A DNA stretch of 64,000 bases from positions 2,272,001 to 2,336,000 of the forward strand of contig CAXXQS010000001.1 in assembly GCA_963674735.2 (NCBI GenBank), written 5' to 3'. The notes beneath the pieces were generated by a model. It had not been told where the DNA came from and made no database searches. It saw only the letters and a list, made by a program, of their open reading frames with translations. The position numbers and the translations under genes are program-made. Positions 9,057-18,218 of this stretch are shown piece after piece (the stretch's first letter is position 1; every line of letters begins with the position of its first letter). This DNA is from Myxococcota bacterium. GTDB lineage: Bacteria; Myxococcota_A; SURF-8.

Positions 9057-10954
9057 GCTTCCTCTCTAAAACTCATAATCAACTCATACACTCCTTCTGA
9101 CCGCTTTCGCACGATATCGAAACCCATCTTTTCGAACAGGTGCATCATCGCTTCATTTTCCACAAGAACTTCCGCTGTAAATCCCAATTGTCCCTGCCGC
9201 TTGGCCAGGTACGTGATATATTTGACCAGTTCGGTTCCGATGCCGTTTCCCTGGTTGTCGTCTCGCACGACAAAGGCGACTTCGGAGGTGAGCTGATTGT
9301 TATCGATCCCGTATTGTCCCAATCCCACCACCAATTCTTTGTCGTTCTCCTGCTGCACGGTGGCGAGGATGATCAATTCACGCGTGAAGTCGATCACCAC
9401 GAAATCCTGCAAACGCTCGTGAGGCATATCGCGCTTCACCGAAATGAAACGGCGATACATGGTATTTTCCGAAAGCGAGTAGAAAAAATCTTTCAAAAGA
9501 GGTTCATCGCTGATTTTGACCGGCCGGTATGTCACGATCCGCCCGGCTTTGTCTTTGCGATGCATGATCAGGTGCTCGGGATACTCCCCGCGCTTGCCGG
9601 GCACGAAGGCCTGGTCCTGATAGATGTAGTTCCGTTTTTTGGCTTCCTGCAACAATTCGCCGCGGAACTTGGGATCGGCAATGGCGATCAGTTCCATGGT
9701 ACGCTCACGCACGTTCTTGCCGTGCAGATAGGCGATGCCGTACTCCGTCACCACATAATGGACATCGCCGCGCGTGAGCGTCACGCCCGCTCCTTCCTCG
9801 ATGGCCGGAACGATGCGCGAGATCGTGCCGTCTTCCGCCGTAGCGGGCAGGGTGAGGATGGTTTTGCCGCCCACGGACAGAACCGCGCCGCGCATGAAGT
9901 CGGCCTGACCGCCGATACCGCTGTAAAAGCGCTGGCCGATGGATTCGGCGGTGGCTTGACCGGTAAAGTCGATTTGCAACGCGGAGTTGATCGCCGTCAT
10001 GCGTCGCTGTTGCGCGATATTGAGCGGATTATTGGTGTAATCCACCGGTCGGAATTCAACCGAGGGATTGTCGTGAATGAACTCGTAGGTTTCGCGCGTT
10101 CCCATGCAGAAGCTGCACACCGTTTTATGGCGGTTGATGGTCTTGGTGGAATTGTCCACCACCCCGGCCTTCATCAGCCGCATCAACCCGTCGGAAAACA
10201 ACTCAGTATGAACGCCCAGATGTTTCTTTCCATGCAGGCTGTCCATGATGGCATTGGGAATGCTGCCGTAGCCCACCTGGATGATATCGCCGTCCGCAAC
10301 CAGTTGGGATACGTAATTGCCGATTCGCTGCGCCACGCCGTCGGGCACGGAATCGACATATTCCAGAAGCGGCTCTTCGTGCGCCACCAGATAATCGATT
10401 TGCTCCACATGCAGAAAGGAATCCCCATGCACGCGCGGCATGCGCGGATTGATCTGCGCAACGACCAGCGTCGCCGCCTCGACGGCCGCCTTGACGATAT
10501 CCACGCCGATTCCCAGGCTGACATAACCGTGTTCATCCGGCGACGACACCTGCACCAGCGCCACGTTCACCGGCACCAGCCCGCGACTGAAAAGCGAGGG
10601 CACCTGATGCAGAAAAACCGGGGCATAATCGGCCGCGCCCTCATTCACCGCCTCACGCGAGGTGTTGCCGATGAAAAAGGAGTTCAAACGAAAATTGTTT
10701 TTGAATTTTTTATCGGTGTAGGGAGCGATGCCAAGCGACCATACGTGCAACAGTTCGGCATCGAAGAACGCTTTGGGATGGGATTCCACGTAGTCGATCA
10801 GCAACTGCGTCAGATGTTGCGGCTCGCCGCAAGCGGTATGAATAAATATCCGCTCACCGGGGTGGATATTCGAAAATATTTTCTCGGGGCTGGCGAACTT
10901 CTCCGGATAAGCACCGCGTATGCCGTCGATATTCTTCTGCCATCTGTCCATCAT
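9053..10954 (-). CDS. Acetyl-CoA hydrolase/transferase fused to a C-terminal GNAT domain
   Basis: LGVHTE, SGIGGQADF and YVVTEYG motifs, then GNAT EVAFVVRDDNQGNGIGT. Confidence 0.9.
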   Translation of the reverse strand: MMDRWQKNIDGIRGAYPEKFASPEKIFSNIHPGERIFIHTACGEPQHLTQLLIDYVESHPKAFFDAELLHVWSLGIAPYTDKKFKNNFRLNSFFIGNTSREAVNEGAADYAPVFLHQVPSLFSRGLVPVNVALVQVSSPDEHGYVSLGIGVDIVKAAVEAATLVVAQINPRMPRVHGDSFLHVEQIDYLVAHEEPLLEYVDSVPDGVAQRIGNYVSQLVADGDIIQVGYGSIPNAIMDSLHGKKHLGVHTELFSDGLMRLMKAGVVDNSTKTINRHKTVCSFCMGTRETYEFIHDNPSVEFRPVDYTNNPLNIAQQRRMTAINSALQIDFTGQATAESIGQRFYSGIGGQADFMRGAVLSVGGKTILTLPATAEDGTISRIVPAIEEGAGVTLTRGDVHYVVTEYGIAYLHGKNVRERTMELIAIADPKFRGELLQEAKKRNYIYQDQAFVPGKRGEYPEHLIMHRKDKAGRIVTYRPVKISDEPLLKDFFYSLSENTMYRRFISVKRDMPHERLQDFVVIDFTRELIILATVQQENDKELVVGLGQYGIDNNQLTSEVAFVVRDDNQGNGIGTELVKYITYLAKRQGQLGFTAEVLVENEAMMHLFEKMGFDIVRKRSEGVYELIMSFREEA

Positions 10955-11313
10955 GCATCCCTCTCGGTTTCAAGCCCATCACTGACCCAGCCGAAACCGC
11001 CAAGACATATAGAGCATCGGGCTGGGGTTGTCAAGCCATTCCGCAATTAATTTAACGCAAAATACCCGTTATTCATAAGATCGTCCGTGCATCCTAACAC
11101 TTTAATTATTCTAACATAAAACGATGTCGCGCCGCATCATGAATCACTATTCACTTTCATTTTTACAGACTTTACAATTTTCGCCACCCATTGATGTCTC
11201 TTGCAAATTCTGTAATTATTAGAAAAAGTTATATGAATTTACTCAGAATTTTTGATAAAAGATGATATTCAATCAGCCTTGATTCCCGTTTTCAACCGCC
11301 GGAGGTAGTCACG

Positions 11314-13074
11314 ATGCGGATTCGATTTACTTATCTAATGATGCTGTGCATGCTGCTGACCGTCGGATGCGGGGGATCGGATTCCGATCCCGGCGAGACG
11401 GATGGCGATACCGACACCACCCCTTCGACCGACGGCGACGCGGAAAGCGATTCCGACGGCGACGCGCCGGCTGACGGCGACCCGGACGGCGACGCCGAAA
11501 GCGAGGTGGAGTGGGAGCCCGAAGCGCCGTCTTTCGCCATCGTGCCTTTCTTCCCCGCTACGGTCAATGCGGGCACGGCGCTGAGCGAAACCTTCACCGC
11601 CGAAAACGGGACCGAACCCTATACCAACTGGCGTGTGGTGCTGGGCGACTTGCCGAGCGGCGTCAGCCTCGACGCCGCAAGCGGTGTCCTCAGCGGAACG
11701 TCCGACACGGAGGGCTTTTATTATTTCGTCGTCGCGGTGGACGACGCCGCCGGGGAAACAGCCAAGGAGCTGTTCGGCCTACGCATCGGCGATCCCCAGG
11801 CCCAGGGAGCGATGGCCGCACGCGCCGACGCCTATCAGGACGTTTACGAAGCGCGCCACATCTGGGACGGCTGGGTGCTCAATTGTCGGCAGCCCGACGA
11901 TCCCAACGGCGACTACCAGCTCAGCACCTTCGGCGACAGCGCCTTCATGGGCGGTCAATGCACCGCGGCCATGGCCTTCCGCGACGCCGTTCTCGGCAGC
12001 CCCGAATCGGCGGCGGTCGTCAAAAGCAATGTGGACGCCTATCGCTTTTTCCAGCGTATGACCGGCGTTCCGGGCCTGATCGGTCGCAGTTTCGCCCACA
12101 AAGACTCCCCCTCCGAAGACGGCCAGTGGGATCAATTTTACCCCGATAACGAGAACCATCGCGGCGAAGGCGAATTCGCCGATTACTATTGGAAGGGCGA
12201 CACCAGCCGCGACCAGGTAACCGGCGCGGTTTTGGGTATGGCCATCGCCAACGACCTCGCCCGCGATCCGGAAACCCGGCAGACCGCCGCCACCTTCCTG
12301 TCCGAACTGGCCGACCACGTGTGGGACAACGGCCTCAAGATCATCGATGTGGACGGCGAAGTGACGCAATACGGCGAGTTGGACGGCATGAATTTCGAGG
12401 GGCTGCCGCTGGGCAACGGCCTCAATGCGGCTTGCCTGCTGGCCTGGATCAAAGCGGCGCATCACGCCACCGGCGAAGAACGCTTCGACCAGTATTATCG
12501 CGAGCTGCTTTTAGAGCGCGATTATATGGGTATCCTGCGCGACCACATGTGGGTCTACATGGCTTACAACACGGTCTGGTACAGCGCCTACATGGCCTAC
12601 GAAAACTTCTTCGTACTCATGCGCCTGGAGGAAGATCCCCAGCTTGCGCAGTCGCTGCGCGAGATTTTCCGCGACACCTTATGGCTGAACGTCGGCGACA
12701 CCACCCCCAACCGGCGCGGCGTCAAGGAACACAATCCGGTGAAAACGGCCTGGTATCTCTATTCCACCGGCGAGCGCGATCCGGAAGCGCTGTATTACGC
12801 CCTCTGGCAGACGGTGGTCTTCCCCGAAGCGCCGCTGCGCGACCGCCATGTCGAAAACAGCAGCAACCCCGATATCGTGAAAAATCCCGACGAGCCCAGC
12901 GAGTCGCTGGAGCCCCTGGCCTCCTACCAGCGCAAGCCCGACATGGTGATCTGGCACCGCAACCCTTACGAATTGGACGGCGGAGCCGACAGCGGCGAAG
13001 AACGCACCGGCTGCGACTACATGCTGCCCTATTGGATGGGACGCTACTACGGATTCATCAGCGAAGAGTGGTAA
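11314..13074 (+). CDS. Lipoprotein: DGD linker, putative Ig domain, uncharacterised helical (toroid-like) domain
   Basis: LTVGC lipobox; GDLPSGVSLDAASGVLSGT Ig motif; WKGDTSRDQ and DYMLPYWMGRY motifs. Confidence 0.7.
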   Translation: MRIRFTYLMMLCMLLTVGCGGSDSDPGETDGDTDTTPSTDGDAESDSDGDAPADGDPDGDAESEVEWEPEAPSFAIVPFFPATVNAGTALSETFTAENGTEPYTNWRVVLGDLPSGVSLDAASGVLSGTSDTEGFYYFVVAVDDAAGETAKELFGLRIGDPQAQGAMAARADAYQDVYEARHIWDGWVLNCRQPDDPNGDYQLSTFGDSAFMGGQCTAAMAFRDAVLGSPESAAVVKSNVDAYRFFQRMTGVPGLIGRSFAHKDSPSEDGQWDQFYPDNENHRGEGEFADYYWKGDTSRDQVTGAVLGMAIANDLARDPETRQTAATFLSELADHVWDNGLKIIDVDGEVTQYGELDGMNFEGLPLGNGLNAACLLAWIKAAHHATGEERFDQYYRELLLERDYMGILRDHMWVYMAYNTVWYSAYMAYENFFVLMRLEEDPQLAQSLREIFRDTLWLNVGDTTPNRRGVKEHNPVKTAWYLYSTGERDPEALYYALWQTVVFPEAPLRDRHVENSSNPDIVKNPDEPSESLEPLASYQRKPDMVIWHRNPYELDGGADSGEERTGCDYMLPYWMGRYYGFISEEW

Positions 13075-13151
13075 GAAACGCGCTCCGCAAGTCGGGCGCG
13101 CGTCATGGAATGGAGTCCTGCGCTCCGACGGCGATATCGTGCAGCATTCGC

Positions 13152-13228
13152 CGGAGCATGGCTCTGTCATGCTCCACATGCTCGTCTAACACCCTATCCG
13201 TTGAAGCATGGTCTCCCGACCTGCTCCA
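13152..13228 (+). repeat. Two REP-like palindromes
   Basis: GGAGCATGGCTCTGTCATGCTCC and GTTGAAGCATGGTCTCCCGACCTGCTCC. Confidence 0.75.
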
Positions 13229-13290
13229 CACGCTTGTCTTATACTTCGTAGTTGTTTTTGTCGTACAGCAAATCTGTCCGACCTACAGGT

Positions 13291-13995
13291 CTATTCTCCA
13301 GCCATTTTCTGTTTTTGGGTGGACGAAATTTGTGGTAGGCGCTTTAACAACTTTTGCGCTCTTTGACGAACAAGCGCACTTGGGTCATTTCCGGCGACTT
13401 TTTGTACAAATTTGCGGTCTTCGCTTGTTGCTAAATGCCATAAGGTGTTGAGGATTTCAATTTTGCGTTCAGCACCTTTATAAAAGGTGTGAAAATGGGC
13501 AACGTCCTTGTTTTCAAACTGCTCAATCAGTAGCGGAACCACCCGGCGATCACCCAATGATGCAAAATACCACGGCACGCACCCAATATTTTTTTCGTAT
13601 TCCAACAACCCTTTAAACGTATCATGTTTGCCGGCATTTTTAATGCCAAAACGCGCCAATATCATGTAGCATTCACTCAAACGTTCCTGCTTATCCAACA
13701 AAATTGAGCATGCTTTTTGAATACGCCCTCTGCGAGGTGATAATCGGTGGTTTTCAATTGTTCTTTCGGCAGTTGGTCCAGCCCATCGGTTAGTTTCATA
13801 ATTACGAACATTGCCTAGGCACCAAAGAAAGGGTGTTTGCCGGTTGTCGGTTTTTCGTATACCAGCAGCAACCTCAAGCGCTTGCACGTAATATTCTTCG
13901 GTATGCAGACATTCACCCGCCCACACAGCACAAGTAAGGGTGATAAGCAACCCAGTAACGGCAGCAAAAAATGGCAATTTAGCTATACTATGCAT
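13291..13995 (-). CDS. Secreted hypothetical protein with a HEAT-like C-terminus (island cargo)
   Basis: Signal-peptide-like MHSIAKLPFFAAVTGLLITLTCAVWA; LGDRRVVPLLIE and NDPSALVRQRAQKLL HEAT-like segments; AT-rich. Confidence 0.6.
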   Translation of the reverse strand: MHSIAKLPFFAAVTGLLITLTCAVWAGECLHTEEYYVQALEVAAGIRKTDNRQTPFLWCLGNVRNYETNRWAGPTAERTIENHRLSPRRGRIQKACSILLDKQERLSECYMILARFGIKNAGKHDTFKGLLEYEKNIGCVPWYFASLGDRRVVPLLIEQFENKDVAHFHTFYKGAERKIEILNTLWHLATSEDRKFVQKVAGNDPSALVRQRAQKLLKRLPQISSTQKQKMAGE

Positions 13996-14113
13996 GGTAA
14001 CGATCCTAAACAAATGAAGCAATAGCCGGGGTGGATCAGGCAAATGTTTACCCGACACATCTATTTCGTCATGTCGCTTTATTAAGAATCGCAATCCGTA
14101 ATCCGGGCGCACA

Positions 14114-14830
14114 TCATGGAATGGAGTCCTGCGCTCCGACGGCGATATCGTGCAGCGGAATCAGAATATCGGCCTTGAAATCCAGCACCCGCTGCATGCT
14201 GTCGTAAGCCTGCCGTGCGTCCAGGTGAACGCCGGGAATGACGCCCGGTCGCCCCTTCGGAAAATTCGCCGCATTGCAGCAATACCCGGTAATCAGCGCC
14301 TTTCCCTTGGCGGTCGGCACGACGATCGACTGCCCGCCCGGCGTGTGGCCCGGTGTGAACAGCACCGAAAGCCCATCGAACAGCGGCGCGTCCCCCTCCA
14401 CGGTTTCGACCTTCACACCGTCGAGAATATCGGGATAGATCCGGTGATCGAGGGGATGCGGATTCTGTAAAAACTCCAGTTCCGCTTTTTGCACATACAC
14501 CGTGGCATTGACGCACAGTTGATCGTTCTCGCAATGATCGTTGTGCAAATGCGTATGGATGATGACCTCCACGTCTTCGGGTTTCCAGCCGATGGAGGCC
14601 AGCGCCTCCTCGAAGGACTGCACCTTGAAACCGTATTGATCTTCCACACCCGGCGGGACAAAGACGTTTTCCAATCCGGTGTCGATCAGGATTTTGCGTG
14701 GACCGCCCAGCAGAGCAAAGACATAGATGGGCAGGTGAATCCGTTCGCCGTAATGCTGCAGGTAAGTCATGACGCCCTGGTCGGTTTCGTTCAATCCCAC
14801 CACCAGAGGCTTGATCGTGTAGTGTGTCAT
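14114..14830 (-). CDS. Metallo-beta-lactamase fold, N-acyl homoserine lactonase family
   Basis: ILIDTG, THLHNDH, TPGHTPG and IPLHD motifs. Confidence 0.88.
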   Translation of the reverse strand: MTHYTIKPLVVGLNETDQGVMTYLQHYGERIHLPIYVFALLGGPRKILIDTGLENVFVPPGVEDQYGFKVQSFEEALASIGWKPEDVEVIIHTHLHNDHCENDQLCVNATVYVQKAELEFLQNPHPLDHRIYPDILDGVKVETVEGDAPLFDGLSVLFTPGHTPGGQSIVVPTAKGKALITGYCCNAANFPKGRPGVIPGVHLDARQAYDSMQRVLDFKADILIPLHDIAVGAQDSIP

Positions 14831-15089
14831 GCTTCGCTCTCTTCTCCCAAAGTCGGTTTCGGTTTCCATTCGTCTGAATTGTAGGCATATTTTCGTTCGT
14901 TGTCGAATTTATCGATCAGCCTCCAGCGAACTCACCTTCGCCTGCGGGAGAAGGCCCGCGCTCCAACGGGGTACTACCATAGTAACCCTCACCCCCGCTT
15001 GAAAAGACCGTTCAAAATGAATTGACGCTTGTTGGTGGGTTGGATAATAATGAGGGGTTAACGATCTTCGAAACCATATTGAGGGACTC

Positions 15090-16682
15090 ATGTTGATCAG
15101 CTGCGATTTTCTCGTTATCGGTTCCGGCCTGGCCGGACTCAATTTCGCCCTTGAAGCCGCCGAGCACGGACACGTCGTCCTTATCACCAAGCGTGATATC
15201 AACGACAGCAACACCAACTACGCACAAGGCGGCATCGCCTCGGTTACCTCGGCCGAAGACTCGTTTGAGTCGCACGTGGAAGACACCCTGACGGCCGGTG
15301 CCGGTTTGTGCCATGAAGACATCGTCAAGCTGTGCGTGGAAAACGGCCCGCAAGCCATCCGGCGGCTGGTCGATCTGGGCGTGGAGTTCACGCGCCGCGA
15401 AGATTCCAGCGAATACGACCTGGGACGCGAGGGAGGCCACACCCAACGCCGCGTGCTGCACGCTCAAGACTTCACCGGACGCGCCGTTCAGCATACGCTG
15501 AGTGAAGCGGTTCGCCATCACGCCAATATCGAAGTCTTCGAGCATCACATCGCCATCGATCTGATCATGAAGCACAAGCTCACCGGCGACCGCCGCGACC
15601 GTGTCTGTCTGGGAGCCTACGCGCTCGACAAGATCGATGGCGGCGTCAAAACCTTTGCGGCCCCGGTGACGATGCTGGCATCGGGCGGTTCGGGCAAGGT
15701 CTACCTGTATACCTCCAATCCCGATGTGGCCACCGGCGACGGCATCGCCATGTCGCATCGCGCCGGTGCGCGGGTGGCCAACATGGAGTTTTATCAGTTC
15801 CATCCCACCTGCCTCTACCACCCGCAGGCCAAATCGTTTCTCATCTCCGAAGCCTTGCGCGGTGAAGGCGGCGTGCTCAAACGCGCCAACGGCCAGCCCT
15901 TTATGAACAAGTATCACGAGATGGGCTCCCTGGCTCCGCGCGATATCGTGGCGCGCGCCATCGACACCGAGTTGAAGTCCTTCGGCGAGGAATATGTCCT
16001 GCTCGACATGTCGGCTCGCGAACCCGATTTCATCCGCAATCGCTTCCCCAATATCCACGCCCGCTGCCTTCAATACGGCATCGATATCGCCACCGAACCG
16101 ATTCCGGTGGTTCCGGCAGCGCATTTCTCCTGCGGCGGGATCGTCACCGACGAATGGGGCCGGACCGATCTGGCGGGTCTGTACGCCTGTGGCGAAGTGG
16201 CCTGCACCGGCTTGCACGGAGCCAATCGCCTGGCCTCCAACAGCCTGCTCGAAGCGGCTTTCTTCTCGCAGCGCGCCGCCCAGGACGCCTGCGCCACCCT
16301 GCACGAGCGCGTCAAGGACAGCTTGCTCAAGTCGGTCCCGCAGTGGGACACCGGACGCGCCGTGTCGCCCGACGAACTGGTCATCGTCTCGCAAACCTGG
16401 GATGAGATTCGCCGCTTCATGTGGAATTTCGTCGGCATCGCCCGCACCGACAATCGCCTGGAGCGTGCGCTCCGCCGCATCAACTTGATTCGCGACGAAA
16501 TCGAGCCTTACTACTGGAAATACTCCCTCACCGCCGATTTCGTCGAGCTGCGCAACATCGCCACCGTCGCGCACCTGATCGTGCGGTCCGCCATCCTGCG
16601 GCGCGAATCCCGTGGCTTGCACTTCAACCTGGATTATCCCGGCGCCGATGATCGCCACTACCGGAAGGATACGGCTATATAA
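15090..16682 (+). CDS. nadB: L-aspartate oxidase
   Basis: GSGLAG, NYAQGGIA, REGGH, QFHPT and GLHGANRLASNSLLE motifs. Confidence 0.96.
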   Translation: MLISCDFLVIGSGLAGLNFALEAAEHGHVVLITKRDINDSNTNYAQGGIASVTSAEDSFESHVEDTLTAGAGLCHEDIVKLCVENGPQAIRRLVDLGVEFTRREDSSEYDLGREGGHTQRRVLHAQDFTGRAVQHTLSEAVRHHANIEVFEHHIAIDLIMKHKLTGDRRDRVCLGAYALDKIDGGVKTFAAPVTMLASGGSGKVYLYTSNPDVATGDGIAMSHRAGARVANMEFYQFHPTCLYHPQAKSFLISEALRGEGGVLKRANGQPFMNKYHEMGSLAPRDIVARAIDTELKSFGEEYVLLDMSAREPDFIRNRFPNIHARCLQYGIDIATEPIPVVPAAHFSCGGIVTDEWGRTDLAGLYACGEVACTGLHGANRLASNSLLEAAFFSQRAAQDACATLHERVKDSLLKSVPQWDTGRAVSPDELVIVSQTWDEIRRFMWNFVGIARTDNRLERALRRINLIRDEIEPYYWKYSLTADFVELRNIATVAHLIVRSAILRRESRGLHFNLDYPGADDRHYRKDTAI

Positions 16683-16703
16683 GCAGAACAATAAGGAGAT
16701 TCC

Positions 16704-18074
16704 ATGTCCCTTCGCCACCAGATCTCGTCAAGCTGGAACGTTCAGGTTTTCTTGGTCGGATTCGTCTTGGTTGCTTCCGCGATTCTTGCTTCTAGTTGCC
16801 AAAGCGATAACGAAACGAATTCCGCCGATGGCGATTCAGAGACGCAAAGCGATGGCGACACGGACGACCCCGCTCCCGACGGCGACGATCCCGATGGCGA
16901 TGCAATGTCCGAACCCTGGCGCAGTGCGATGCTCGACGCGATCGAGGATGGCATCGCATCCGACTGCGAGAACGGCATCTGCCTGGGCGATCTCGTCCAA
17001 CTGATTCCGTCCGAAAACCTGCCGTCGGAAATTACCCCGCAAAACGGCAACGACAACCTGGATGTGGCCGTCTTCGAGGGCCGGGTGTTCGTGGCGTTCC
17101 GCAGTGCGCCCGATCACTTCGCCAGCCCCGACGCGGATATCTGGGTCATGAGTTCCGACGATCTGCTCACTTGGCGTTACGAAGGCCGATTCTCCACGGA
17201 TTTCGATGTACGCGAGCCGCGTCTGCTCAGTTGGAACGGAAAGCTTTTCCTTTACTTCGCCGTCCTGGGCGAATTTATGATCGAATTCACCCCGAAAGGC
17301 ATGATGGCCGCCGAATACCACGGTCCCGACGACTGGAGCGAAGCGGATTGGTTTTACGGCGAGGGCTTCATTCCCTGGCGGGTAAAAGTCATCGACGACA
17401 TTCCCTACATGATCACGTATGTGGGGGGTGAAAACATCTACGATCCGGATGGCGAAGAAATCGAAGTCCACTGGCTCACAACCACCGATGGTTTCAACTG
17501 GACTCCGGTCGTCCCGGATCAACCGGTGGTCATTGTCGGCGGCGCTTCGGAAACGGATTTCGTCTTTCTCGACGACGGCACGCTGTTGGCCGTCAGCCGC
17601 AACGAATCGGGAGACGAATACACCGGTTTCGGCATGAAGATCTGCCGCGCCGAAGCCGACACTCTCGGCGACTGGACCTGCGTGGGCGACCCGAAAAAGT
17701 ACGACTCACCCCTGATGTTCAAACACCGCAACACCGCCTATCTCATCGGACGCCGAAATGTCACGGAAACCGGCAACTTCGATCTCGGCTACAGCGACCG
17801 CACGCTGGAAGATCAGTGGATGGCCTATTCGATCGACTACTGGAAACAACCCAAGCGTTGCGCCCTGTGGCGCGTCAACCCGGATCTGACCGTCGATTTC
17901 CTGCGCGATTTGCCATCGAAGGGTGACACCTGCTTCCCCGGTCTTCTAACGGCAGCCGATGGCAGCTACCGCGTGTTCAATTACACCTCTCCCCTCGACG
18001 GCGAAGACGTCGCCTGGCAAACCGGTCAATTCGGTCACACCCTCATCTATCACATTCTGATGCATCTCGACTGA
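16704..18074 (+). CDS. Lipoprotein with a DGD linker and a sialidase/BNR-like beta-propeller
   Basis: LASSC lipobox; Asp-box-like SSDDLLTW and TTTDGFNW; DVREP motif. Confidence 0.65.
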   Translation: MSLRHQISSSWNVQVFLVGFVLVASAILASSCQSDNETNSADGDSETQSDGDTDDPAPDGDDPDGDAMSEPWRSAMLDAIEDGIASDCENGICLGDLVQLIPSENLPSEITPQNGNDNLDVAVFEGRVFVAFRSAPDHFASPDADIWVMSSDDLLTWRYEGRFSTDFDVREPRLLSWNGKLFLYFAVLGEFMIEFTPKGMMAAEYHGPDDWSEADWFYGEGFIPWRVKVIDDIPYMITYVGGENIYDPDGEEIEVHWLTTTDGFNWTPVVPDQPVVIVGGASETDFVFLDDGTLLAVSRNESGDEYTGFGMKICRAEADTLGDWTCVGDPKKYDSPLMFKHRNTAYLIGRRNVTETGNFDLGYSDRTLEDQWMAYSIDYWKQPKRCALWRVNPDLTVDFLRDLPSKGDTCFPGLLTAADGSYRVFNYTSPLDGEDVAWQTGQFGHTLIYHILMHLD

Positions 18075-18218
18075 AACGGACCATTACAATAATTTAACAA
18101 TTATTCCCTTTCATATTTCAGGCAAACGGGTATAATGGCAATGCGGCTGTCACACCCAAAATGAAATCAGCTTTATTTGTACGTCTAGCATTGGATATTG
18201 CTTGTAAGTGGTCAAACA

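Larger units (their letters stand above)
13103..14156. mobile_element. ~1 kb AT-rich mini-island bounded by a perfect 43-bp direct repeat
   Basis: TCATGGAATGGAGTCCTGCGCTCCGACGGCGATATCGTGCAGC at 13103-13145 and 14114-14156. The second copy is the 3' end of the MBL gene. Confidence 0.8.

Noticed and set aside
11040-11300. AT-rich intergenic tracts (also 20660-20730) as origins or islands
   Set aside because: No DnaA-box array or flanking repeats seen; consistent with ordinary promoter regions.
13180-13290. Integron attC site after the cargo ORF (GTTAGAC on the minus strand)
   Set aside because: No matching inverse core or attC-length stem; the palindromes fit the REP family better.
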